NCBI GenBank assembly: GCA_051362555.1
Contig: CM120645.1
Coordinates: 11,904,001 to 11,968,000 of the forward strand
Direction: 5' to 3'
DNA: 64,000 nt
From: Lingula anatina
Taxonomy: Eukaryota > Animalia > Brachiopoda
Shown: piece by piece, positions 52,778-64,000 of the stretch
How the letters are laid out: each line of letters opens with the position of its first letter
How positions within the stretch are numbered: the first letter of the stretch is position 1
Notes under the pieces: model-generated
What the model was told of the DNA's origin: nothing
Databases searched by the model: none
The model's input: only the letters and a program-made list of their open reading frames with translations
Position numbers and translations under genes: made by a program

Positions 52778-55700
52778 ATGAATACTTCTTTTTATTTAGC
52801 AGTAGCAATTGTTATTGCTTGTTGCTGCATACTACTTAGTAGTGGGGCGACGGAATGTCCCTGGGGTTATATGCCTATAGCATCATCATGTTTTCTCTTC
52901 ATCAGCAGTCGACTGACATGGGAGGAGGCTAGACAACAGTGTGAGAATGTAGGGGCCCACTTAGCTGTATTAGATACAGTGTCCAAAAGAGACAGTGTCA
53001 TAAATTTCGTGAAAAACCAAGGAGGTAAGTTATTTATTTGTATATTTATCTGCTACTTAATTATTTCACGTTTTGCATTTATTTTGTAAATCAATTACTT
53101 TTCATGGTAAAACAACTCTTAAGGTGGCCGAGGGGTATTTTGGTTGTTTCATAAATTAGCCCCAGAAGGTTTTTTTTATACGTAGTAGTAAAATGAAATC
53201 TGCCTGTAACTTCTAGCCGCTGATCCATATTACTGGCTGGATGGCAGGGAACCCTGGGACGATGGACGGTGGATATGGTTCTCAAGGAAAACCCCAGTTG
53301 ATCAGAATCTGTGGCTTCCAGGAGAGCCAAATGAATATAATTCCCGGCAGGAGGGTTGTATGCATATTTGGGAAAAGAATAACCAGTTTGGTATCAACGA
53401 TACGCCATGTAGATTTTCAAATCCCTTCATTTGTGAAATTGATATAGGTATAAGGAATATTATTGAAAACTTAACAAAAATCAACATAAATATTAAAAGG
53501 ATTAAGAACTTATTCATTTAAAATGCTTTCAAAACAATCACCGAGCTGATGTAGATACTGTCCTGAATTTCGTTTGTGAGTGAGTATACATGTATTGACG
53601 GAAACGTTGTTGAAAACTATAAAGTAAATTTTAATTTTTTTGTATTAAAATGCACATTAAACAAGATGGAAATTGGGGTGACTGGACCACGTGGAGCACC
53701 TGTTCTGCAACGTGCGGCTCACAAAGTCGGCGGTCCCGCACTCGTGTATGTGATAACCCAGCACCTGTTAGCGCTGGTAAACCCTGCCCTGGAGATAACA
53801 GACAAACTGAGTTCTGCTTTCCAGGAGAGTGCCCTGGTGAGTTAATAATAATTTTATAAATTATTTCGATCATAGCTGAGCTTCCGTGTTATCTATATAA
53901 CCATTTTATTTCGGAATTAATCTGTTAAAAGTGCTCTGAACGCGTTTGAAAATTCCCCAGTCTTAAGTTATTTTAATTCTGAAATGCTTCTTATATTTCC
54001 GCACCCAGACCTTAAAGACAATGAAACCCCTCAAACAAAAGTTTATCTGAAGCGTAACCAGTGTTGTTATTATCATAGTAATATAAAAAGGTATTTTTCG
54101 TCATTGCGGAAAGGGCTCGGCATGGCTGCATGTGGTAACTTAGGAAAACCTAAAAAGCAAATAAAAAAGTGTTCAAATAACATGTACTCCAATGAAATGA
54201 CGAGATACGTCACATTTATTGTCACTTTAGTTGACGGAGCCTGGAGTGTTTGGACACACTGGTCAACGTGCAGTAAAACCTGTGGTCAAGGCAACAGGAC
54301 AAGACACAGGGCGTGTAATAGTCCACCTCCAACCAATGGTGGCAAGGACTGCCCAGGACAATTGGTTGAGGTTGAAACGTGTAGTGGTCCGCCGTGTACA
54401 GGTGCGTGAACAGGGTTAAATTGGATACATTTTTTTATGTTAGAGTGATTCAGTGTGGAATATGTGGACACGCTGGTCAACGGGCAAGTACCCGTACAGG
54501 GTTGGTATTCTGATATATGTGGGTCTATTTATCATAATTATCAGTCATATTTATCAAGATTATTTGTGGATCACAATAGAATTTGAAAGATTTTTCATTC
54601 ACCTAGCAAAAATTGTCACCCCTACCGCAATTATGTACATCGCTACAAGGGTAACCAAAGGGTTTAATGTACTATAATATAACAGCTGGGCAACCGATCA
54701 TTGTGGGTGTGAGAAGAATAGCATTGGCCTACCTAGTGTGACCATTGAAATATTCCAACCATTTTTAATATACGGCCTTTTAGTGAAAAGGATACATTTT
54801 TTTACCAAGTGAATAACGTACTGTAGGAGGGAGAAGGTTCGGCTGTTCAATGAGAACCACTCAGAAGGTTAAAAAACATCGTAATCAAATAGGCACATGT
54901 GCAAGATTGTCTGGTTAAAGCCGATCGAAGGAGACACACATGGAGAAGAGAGAATGTTACCGCATCTTCCTCGTAGAAAACGTTGAATGGCATTTAGGAA
55001 CTCGGATGCAGCATTTAACAAAGACAAACCATGTTTCTAAACTTACCGTCAGCAGACGTCTGCACAATCGTCTTTATTTTGGTAGGGTTTTATTAGGAGA
55101 CCAGTACCAGTTATCACCGCCAGTTACCGTCTACGGCGAGTCAAATGGTATACCAGAACTGGGCAATGATATTGTTCTGAAATGAAAGCACGTTCAGCGT
55201 TATGAGAAGTGATGGACCCGTAAGGGTTTGGAAAACAGCTGGTAAAAGGTATCTTCCAAATGTTCTTTCTCTGGTCGACTGGGCACACCACGCATAAGTC
55301 ATAGCATGAGATGTATTGCCTACTATGGTGTAGGTGAACTGGCAGTGATCAACAAAAACTTTTTAAAGTTAAAACACAGACCCTTAAGTGCTGGAAGGGA
55401 ACGTCAAGGATTCTGCTGAGAACATCTTTAGGGATCATGACCACCAACTTATGTTTCAGCATGATAATTCCACTCCACGTAAAGCTAGTGGAACAGTAGC
55501 GTGGTTATATTAGAACCAGAACCAAACCCCCTCCCCTTCCCCATGGCCAGCTCAATTCCTAGATAAGAACCTCACTAGGAATGCGTTTTGTATCCTGGGA
55601 TATGGATGACTGAGTTATTACCCTGTAAAGAAATATGTCTTTATGCTATCTTTGAATCGTGCGTGGAACGCGATCAGAGAGTTAACATTACAGAAGCTTT

Positions 55701-56670
55701 TGACTCAGGTGGATCTTCCAAGCATAGGAATACTTTACAGAATATTAAAATTTGGCCCTATTTTTTTAAACTATGGTTAAGCTATCCATTGGTCGCACAA
55801 TCAGTGTGTTTTTTCTTTTTTTTTTTTTTGTGATAGAAGTTGAATAAAGGACATTGGTTCATGAAAAGATTTACTTTATCACTTTTTGCTCTTCGTTTGG
55901 GGTGACACCTTTTGTGCTAGAGGAGTTTGTAACTGACTTGTAAGATAACTAAAATACGTTTTTTAAAACTTTTTTTCTTTATTTTATTTAATGCTTCTCA
56001 TTTTGCCGTTTACAGCCAAGCTATGCCCTGATTTGTTCATTGAGGTCACCGACAGCTTGTGCCTGTATATTTCCGACCCAAAGACGGAGGCATACAATTA
56101 TTTCCTGTCCATGAAGGTGTGTACCTCGCTGTCTCCCCTGTCTCGCCTGATGACAATGAGGAACAAATACGAATATCAAAACATGGTCAGGTTCTTGCCT
56201 ACAGCGGCTGAATACTGGATAGGTAAGTCTACACAGTGTTAACATACCTACAGCTTAAGTTAAGCTTGTCAAGATGGTCAGATAATAAGAATAACAAAAA
56301 CAAAAAACAAAAAACAATAACAATAATAACAATTTCAATATTAATTTTACACTTTAGTCATCAATGGACTTATCCTAATTAGCTATTTTGATATAAAAGT
56401 AAGCCTTAGTACAACTGGCAGTATAAAACAACTATTGTTATCTTACCAGGTGATGACACTACAAGTAGCAGCAATGCCCGTACCAAGCTCGGTGGTGGAA
56501 GCTTCAGCGTCTGGGAAGTTGGATATCAATCATCGCGCTCCATTACTGGTTGCGTTGAATTAAGTGGGAAGAGCGGGGCGTTTCTGTGGCAAGACGCTCC
56601 ATGCTGGGAAAGAAAACCCTTCATATGTGAACTTCGACCCAAAGATACACTGGCGCCCGTAGTTGGTTAA
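52778..56670 (+). CDS. Mosaic secreted lectin C: SP-CTL-TSP1-TSP1-CTL
   Basis: Exons approx 52778-53024, 53217-53447, 53666-53837, 54231-54401, 56015-56222, 56450-56670; all open; WLPGEPN in CTL1. Confidence 0.85.
54596..55925 (+). mobile_element. Degenerate Tc1 element, same family as 50853-51937
   Basis: Shared terminus ctagcaaaaa..gtcacccctacc.caattatgtaca; remnants FQHDNSTP and PWPAQFLDKNL; inverted end near 55900-55925. Confidence 0.7.
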
Positions 56671-57356
56671 AATGGCAAAGCTGTCGTTTCAATCGGATAG
56701 GTCATTGCTGTCATTTTTTGAAAATGGATGATATTGATGACATACAGTAAAGATATAAATTGGAAGCACACTTCTTGCATATTCGTTTTAAATCTCTCTC
56801 TCTCTCTCTTTCTCTCTTATCTTATATCCATCTTAGATCGTATTTTACCAACCACCATCAACAGAAATATATATGGAATATAAGTCCCACGTTTATGCAG
56901 TAACAGAGGTGTAGACAATGCACAAGGCACTTGAGCATTCATGTATTGACTTTTAAAGAAACTTTTTGCAAGAATAAAGTAATTTTCCTCAACCAACAGC
57001 TTAATATTAAAGAAGTTTACTTCCAATATTTCGTTGTCTAACAGAGCATCTTCATCAGGGAATTAGACTATCCAGGTGAATAGCCTCTATTCAGGAGGCC
57101 AAGGCTTGTTTGGTTACTAAATAACAGTGAACACGGCGTGTACTATGCACTATGCAAACAATGACAATATACTATGGTATAATAAAGGATTCACTATAAT
57201 TGTTGTCTGAAACGCTCGAGATTCTTCATCATAATGTACACTTATAGAATATGTGGAATATAAAGCACTTGTGAAAACACGTTTCTATATAAAGCAATTT
57301 GGAATTATAACGTATATAATTAATTGTTTAATATCAACATGTACCTTGTGCACCGT

Positions 57357-57535
57357 GATCGTATTCAGAACAGTGTACTGACAGATTCACGGAACAAATA
57401 TGGCGACCGACTAAAAGCTTGCCACTTAATTATCTAGACACTGAATATTTTCCCGCGGAGATTATGCAACAAGTATTCAAGTGGTTCGCAATATATGATC
57501 CGTGGAGCTATTAGTCCGCTGTTCTGAACGCGCTC
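57357..57535. mobile_element. Small degenerate MITE with Harbinger-like end
   Basis: Imperfect inverted repeat gtattcagaacagtgtact / agtccgctgttctgaacgcgctc; the terminal GCGCTC matches the 20919 MITE. Confidence 0.5.
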
Positions 57536-59235
57536 TATGAAAAGTTGTTTACATCGTTTGGTATTTGCTGTACGGATTAAGTCAAATCCATGGGTAAAAT
57601 ACAGCTGCTTCAGATTTAATTTTGATACTTAAGATTATTTCATAAACAAAAACCGTTAATATGTCATATTAACTGTAATAACATAGAATTGTCCGGCTAC
57701 GTAATTCCAGTAACGAATTCAGTTGGAATCCAAATAAAGTGTGGGGATTTAAATATAAATACAAATTATTTGTACTGCGTGGGCCCTCTTTATTCAACAG
57801 CTGAGGTGACGTTTGGTTTGGTTATCAGTAGCACTTACATGCACTAGGGCAAGCTAAGAAGTAAACACGTACGTGAACTTAGTATTTTGAAGTGTGTCAG
57901 TCTTATACAAATGTTGGTTTTATGATATCATAGCCTCACAGGTCATGGTTGGTCAAAGGTATCAGTAGATATAAACCTCCATCCTATAAACAAGCATAAG
58001 ACTAGTTCATGCATGTGCTATTAGAGTTTTAAAGAGTTTCGGAATTCTGCTTGGTTCTTCCCAAAAGAGGACATAATTCGATTTTTTCGCAAACAGTTAA
58101 CACTACTCTTTCTTTTTTATAACACATCCATACACATTTTGTTACTACCGTTGAAGCCTTAAAATGAGACTGCATAGTTCGCTTTACAGAATATTATTTT
58201 ACAGAATAATGTTACTACATATTTCACACGTCAAAGATATGCGGGCATGTCAGGTCCATTATTTTAATATTTGGTGCAAAAAAAGGAAAAAAATACATGT
58301 ACAAGAGAGCCCACTATCGCTGAGCTGACCATGTTTATACACAAGACTAATAAATAGAAGTCTTCTCTCAACTGAAGTGCATCTGAACACTATTATTACT
58401 AGAATTTTTCATTTATTTACTTCTTAAAGATGCCAGATGTTGGCACAAAACCCGACGAAATGTCACCATTTAATTTCAAATGACATAACTTAAAGAAATA
58501 CCAAAGGATATCGTTTCATATATCCCGAAAAAAGTTATAATATTGGATTTTTCTGTTTTCCTCCGGCGCTATTAATATCCCACAACAGTCTCATTTGACT
58601 GGGTATGCAATTGTCCGCGCAGCTATACATCTATACATAGAAATGAGTGTGTCAATGATGCTTATCCAATGCACGCACAGACTACTGGTATGTCATTTAG
58701 CAGGTCTTTGTAAACTGGAGGGCAAAAAAATATGTCAATGTATGACCAAAATGTGAAGAAGGTTTATTTTTAAAGCGGTTTTTGGCTGAACGAGATATTA
58801 ATTTGGTTTATCTCTTGGTCTGTCGACTTTATTTTAGACGTATAGGAAAATAGTAGAAGTGGTCTCTATGCGTTACTGGAAATCCACGCTCGGTTTATAT
58901 GTATCTTTAACGGATATTAAGTAACATATAAATTAAATTTAATTATAAAGTTATTATATCTATATAAAGTTATTATATGCGTTTATATTTTATAATTTGT
59001 ATATTTCATTTTTCGCCACTACATGCATATTTTGTCAGTAGATGATTTACGTTGAATATTTAACATATTTCATATCGCCAAGGGCCTTCCTATCATCAGG
59101 TCAAATCTACGGAGCTTTATATTTCGTAAATATTATGATGTTATGTACTGGTCAAGGTTATGTCCCGATGAGGTCATGCTAGTCAGGTTAAATGAGGTAA
59201 ATGCGTGATATGCTTTGCATTCATACGTCGTCGCC

Positions 59236-62200
59236 ATGGGGTGGATTCAAGTACAGTTCGTGGCACTCTTTATGTGTTGCATAAAGTTGCAAATACGACC
59301 AGCATCAAGTGTTTGTCCTTACCAGTACACTTTCATGGAATCGTCTTGTTTCCGTTTCGTCAGCAATGTTCGGACATCATGGCAGGACGCTCAACAAAAA
59401 TGTGCCAACGAAGATTCACATTTGGCTGTACTGGATACAACACCAAGAAGGGACATGATTGTGAGTTATATGAAAGCAAATCACAGTAAGTTGAATTGCT
59501 GTATTGTATAAGCTGTAATATATAATTTCGGATCCCCCCGTTATATGAAAGCAAATAACAGTAAATTGAATTATTGTATTGTATAAGCTGTATTATATAA
59601 TTATGGACCCCCTTCTTTTGCAGATCATGTGTCAAATGTTATTTTAATTACCTTAAAGATGAAAAGGGATACAACCATGTTTTTTTGTTTAGGATAAGCA
59701 AATACAAATCTAACATTGCATAAAATCATCGTTCTGTTAGTAGATTCTATAAAACGTAAACCGGTCAGCTAAGTAATTTACTATTGTATTGTTTGGCAAC
59801 GAGTTAGACAACGTTTATCTCCGTATTTACTTCTTTGGAGTATAAGGAAATATGTCAGTCAGTCTTATATTTGTTTTGAATATATCTATATGACAATAAA
59901 ATACTCAAAATGTGTATGCTTCCATGACTGGGATACACTTGCGTCACCTTTATCCACAAGAATGCCACTGGTTCCATCGTTATATAATTTATTTTTGATA
60001 ATAAATATGAATGCATGTTAGGCATTATTCATTCCAGTAAATGCATATATTAAAACGCGCGCGCATATATGCTAAAATGATTTCGTGACGTATATGTTGC
60101 AGTTCCACTCGGCACGTCTTACTGGGTGGATGGAAGGGACCCGCAGCAGAATGGTAAATGGATCTGGTATTCCAAGGGCACCGGCGTAGATTCAGTTTTA
60201 TGGCACCCTGGTGAGCCAAACGGTCGAGGCGTAGAGAATTGTATGCACTTGCTAACTTTTGGCAGCACATGGGGTCTAAATGATACACCATGTAATTACC
60301 ATTATGCTTTTATATGTGAGAAGAAATCAGGTAAGTTTGCTGGTATGAAATGGTCAGCATTTGAATGGTCATGTCGCGATAAAAATTAGATTTAGCACAA
60401 AACTTGATATTATAAGTTGACGACAGATTTGTAAAAAATCCATAGGAAACTATTTTTCGAGTCACTGGCGTACTATGGGTTTGAGCAAAAGGAAAGATGA
60501 GTAGAAACCTAATACAACGCCCTTTTGACATTTTCAAGGAGGCAAGTTTGCATATTAAAATGGATAAGCGAACTTATCAGAATGATACAGCTACATATCG
60601 CTACTAAAGCTGGCATACTCTTTGAAACTACTTCATATCGCGACAGAACAAAAAGGGGCAATTAACCGCAGTGTTGAATGCTAACTTTCAGTAAACGGGG
60701 CCTGGGGAGCTTGGAGAAGCTGGAGTGGGTGTTCATTGACATGTGGTACACAGGGGCTGAGGTACAGAAGTCGACAGTGCGATAACCCGGCACCTTTAGG
60801 CGACGGTAAATACTGTCCTGGATCTGGGCGCGAAACTGAAGTTTGCTTCCCAGGCCCATGTCCAGGTAAGTTAGGTATATGACCTTAACAGTGTTAATCT
60901 CGCACGGTTAGGGGTCACCTATACGCCCTTGACTGTTAGAGACACAGATATTGTGTACACGAACTACTAGTTAATCTAGCTGATACCCGTCACATCAATC
61001 ACTGAACCATGATATGAGATTGATGCTTAATATTTTACCATGGCAATTGTGATCTTTTATTTGTTCGTGGCATGCATTTTCAAACAAAATCCTGCAAAAA
61101 AAAAAAAAAAACATCCTCTCTACCCTGCCTTCAGGTGCAGAAATAATTATCAAAAATCATTTTATATTAATATATATTTACATTAATAATAATAATATAA
61201 GGAAAAAACGGGACCGAGTGGGAATCAAACCCACTACGGACATTTTATACATGTACTAGTATTTGTCAATTGGTAGAGCGATGTAGGTCGTTGTGGACAA
61301 AATATACTATACATGTAGTAAGGACCACTTGCACAGTGCTGTCAAAACATGTTTCTTGTATGGAATTGGCTTGTGATGACTTAGGTGGGTTCCACTGTTC
61401 TCTCCAGCAAGGTGGTTTTCTCTAGGAAGGAACTTCACTCTAGTGAAGTTCTCTCTATGCTCAGGAGATTCACTCTACTCAGGATTTTTTCTGTAGTGAA
61501 TGGGTTCTCTCCAGCTAGTGTGTTTGATTCGATTCGACTAAAACGTGTCAAGTTGTAATGCTTGTGATTTTTTCCAGCTTGTCAGGTCCACGCCGTGCCC
61601 GGAGCCATGAGTTCGGTATCTGCTCCCAGAATAAACGAGAAGGAATATGTGCGTTATTATTGTCTGCCAGATTACACTTATGTTAGTGGCAATTTGATAC
61701 GAACATGTCAGGCAAACGGTGCACTATCAGGTACAGAGCCGGAGTGCAAGGGTAAGTGCATATTTGTTGGTGAAAAACAGGCCAAAACAGGTCTCGTCCT
61801 TGATAAATATTAGATTATGTGTGTCAGTTATCTAGTATCGAGAGTTACATGTGCGTGTTAAAGTTTGAAGTAGTATATTATGAAAAAAAAATAAGTCAAG
61901 AGAAGCGAAAATGTCATATTTATTGTGTTTGACCGGTGTATTACATAGTCAATTGAGTTCATATTGTATTCTAGCATGCTGTGGCAAGACAAAGGCAATT
62001 CCTAACGGTGAGCCCAAGAATTCAGACAAGTACGTGTGTGAAGGAAAAGGAGTTGGCTATGACTGTCACGTGGGATACAGAATATCCAACATGTCTGTGC
62101 CTGCAGCTGTCTGCGACTCACAGAAACTGAAAGTTCCTGTTTGTGAGCGTGAGTATCAAACTGGCGGGTTAAATAAATAGCTACGGGTCTTGCAAAAATA

Positions 62201-63929
62201 AAGTGATCTTGTGAAATATTATCCTTTTAAAAGTTGCCTGTCCATGTCCGATCACTGTCGACTTCCTTACTGATTACGTAACTGGTATCAAAGGCATCAA
62301 AAGGTCACTGTGGTGTACCGCCCTCATTCTTAGTTTTTGCCACCAGCGGCAAGTGTTATCGTAAATAAATAGAAGTAATTACATGGGAAGATATGCTCTG
62401 GCGACGTCCATACCGTTTTTTCTATTCATCCCCTTCTACCTTGTGAAGTTATTTGTTCATGGAGTCGGTCCTGTATGGCATAAAGTTAAATTCTTTTGAT
62501 ATTAGAATGAATGGACAAAATGAATACTTTAATTCAAAACTATTTTCCACTTTACCCTCTTCTTGCAGCGTCTGGAACATGTGACACGACAGCTCTTCGA
62601 GACCCTAAACATGGTTTTAAGGTCTGTGAAGACATCAATTCTGGTAAAACGTGCCACATGAGGTGTGAGGATGGTTATAAATATGTCGCTCGTGACAAAA
62701 CATTTTACTGTAATCCCGAGACAGGATGGTCTTGGGGGTTACCCCAATATGGTGGCGGATTTCTGCCGTCAACTAGTGTCGAGGACTGTGAAGGTAAGTG
62801 GTTCACGTTTAGATATTAAATAATGTAGATATTATATTTTATCAGAAGTTCGTATAATTGGTGTCCAGTTATTAAAGGTATTCGATAAAATACACTTCGC
62901 AAATGATAGCCAATCATTTTGTTAGACTTAATGGGCAATCTAAAATTTACATAAGGGATTATGCTTTCAAAGTTAGGATGGTGTCTAAAAAACTAATATT
63001 TTGGTAGATTGTGTTTCCAAACTTCCTATTTATCAAAATTGTACAAATCAACTGCGATATTGGTTATTTTATTGCTGGAATGTGTCGTTTTCAGTGGGGC
63101 ATCTTCTAGGGGTAGACGGTGGTTTGGATGGGCTAATTGCTGATGTTCCTTTCTATGATTACCTCGAAGAGGATCAGATAAAGACAGAGGTTGCTGATGG
63201 TGTTAGAGCCAAACTAAACACACTTGGAAAATGCTCCAAATCGTGCGAGGTAAGAAAGTCTCATGTTTCCATTGGGGAAATTTGTTACATGTCATAATTA
63301 TGGATACAATAGATGTGTAATGACAATGCCAGGAAGTATTACAATTGTGTTGCTGAAGGTCGCGTACATGTGTATATCCCATAAAATTCTATTGAACATA
63401 CTACCTATGATGTCCTTAAAGCGCAGTTTAGAATCTTTTAGGTCAAGGACGTCCAAGTTAAGCGAGCAGGGACTGTAAAGCGGGACACAATGGTCAGTTT
63501 TAACATAAGGATCGTGCTCCACATCCGCGGTGGTGACAGAAACGCAAGTTCTCTTTCAGAAGTTAAAGCAAACGTCTTAAGACTGGCAAAATCAATACAG
63601 TAAGTAATAAATGATTGGCGCGAACGTAACCTTGAATATATATACTGTAGTTGTCCCGCATTTCATCTCAGTTGAATACCTCATGTAATTTACGATTACC
63701 TGCAGATAACAATTAAGTCTATGATATATTTATTTGAACTAGGCAGAATCAGTCCCTGTATTTTCTTATTTAAGGTCCACGGCGTCTGCTATCAAACAGG
63801 TCCTGCAGTCTACCCCTATAGTAATCTCTGTGAACGGCCAATATATCGACTTACAAACCGACAACTTGGTGATAAGTAGACCACGCACAGGATGTCGCAT
63901 GGGGTCCATTAAAAGCGGAATCAAATGCT
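59236..63929 (+). CDS. Mosaic secreted protein D, paralog of A: SP-CTL-TSP1-3xsushi-linker... (runs off window)
   Basis: Exons approx 59236-59485, 60103-60330, 60692-60865, 61578-61751, 61975-62148, 62569-62793, 63094-63249, 63442-63599, 63776-63929; collinear with gene A ([16 protein letters not shown]). Confidence 0.85.
59540..59610 (+). repeat. Tandem copy of the gene D exon1/intron1 junction
   Basis: gttatatgaaagcaaat.acagtaa.ttgaatt..tgtattgtataagctgta repeats 59465-59538. Confidence 0.85.
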
Positions 63930-64000
63930 GTGAGTTTCTCCAGTGTATGAATCATATATGTGATCAGTAACTTAAAAAGTACAACGAAGTGTCTTCCACC

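Noticed and set aside
58428-58906. TTAA-flanked possible Kolobok/piggyBac-type MITE
   Set aside because: Inverted repeat only about 6 bp and imperfect; insufficient support.
61208-61300. tRNA-like A and B boxes
   Set aside because: The B-box arm is on minus and the A-box-like motif on plus, with no cloverleaf; at most a SINE remnant.

Overview
AT-rich, intron-containing animal genomic DNA. The repeat and gene types suggest a lophotrochozoan, probably a mollusc; this is inference. The left half is a housekeeping block: the 3' part of ZRANB3 (+), a solitary stem-loop histone H1 (+), HAUS7 (+, with a Helentron-type satellite-bearing element in an intron and a hairpin MITE downstream), an intronless divergent HEXIM (-), and IFRD1 (+) head-to-head with HEXIM. 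The right half is a tandem cluster of four secreted mosaic genes (C-type lectin/TSP1/sushi/EGF) interrupted by Tc1, Gypsy, LINE and MITE relics. Two of these genes are joined at an out-of-frame deletion junction. Most notable signals: (1) the HEXIM/IFRD1 divergent pair, where the HEXIM ORF is followed by, or nested within, a chain of apparently non-coding spliced exons with a structured intron, and the IFRD1 leader has overlapping uORFs, one separated from the main frame by a single TGA; (2) the exon-shuffled lectin cluster and its chimeric junction. Exon boundaries were read by eye and may be off by a few bases.
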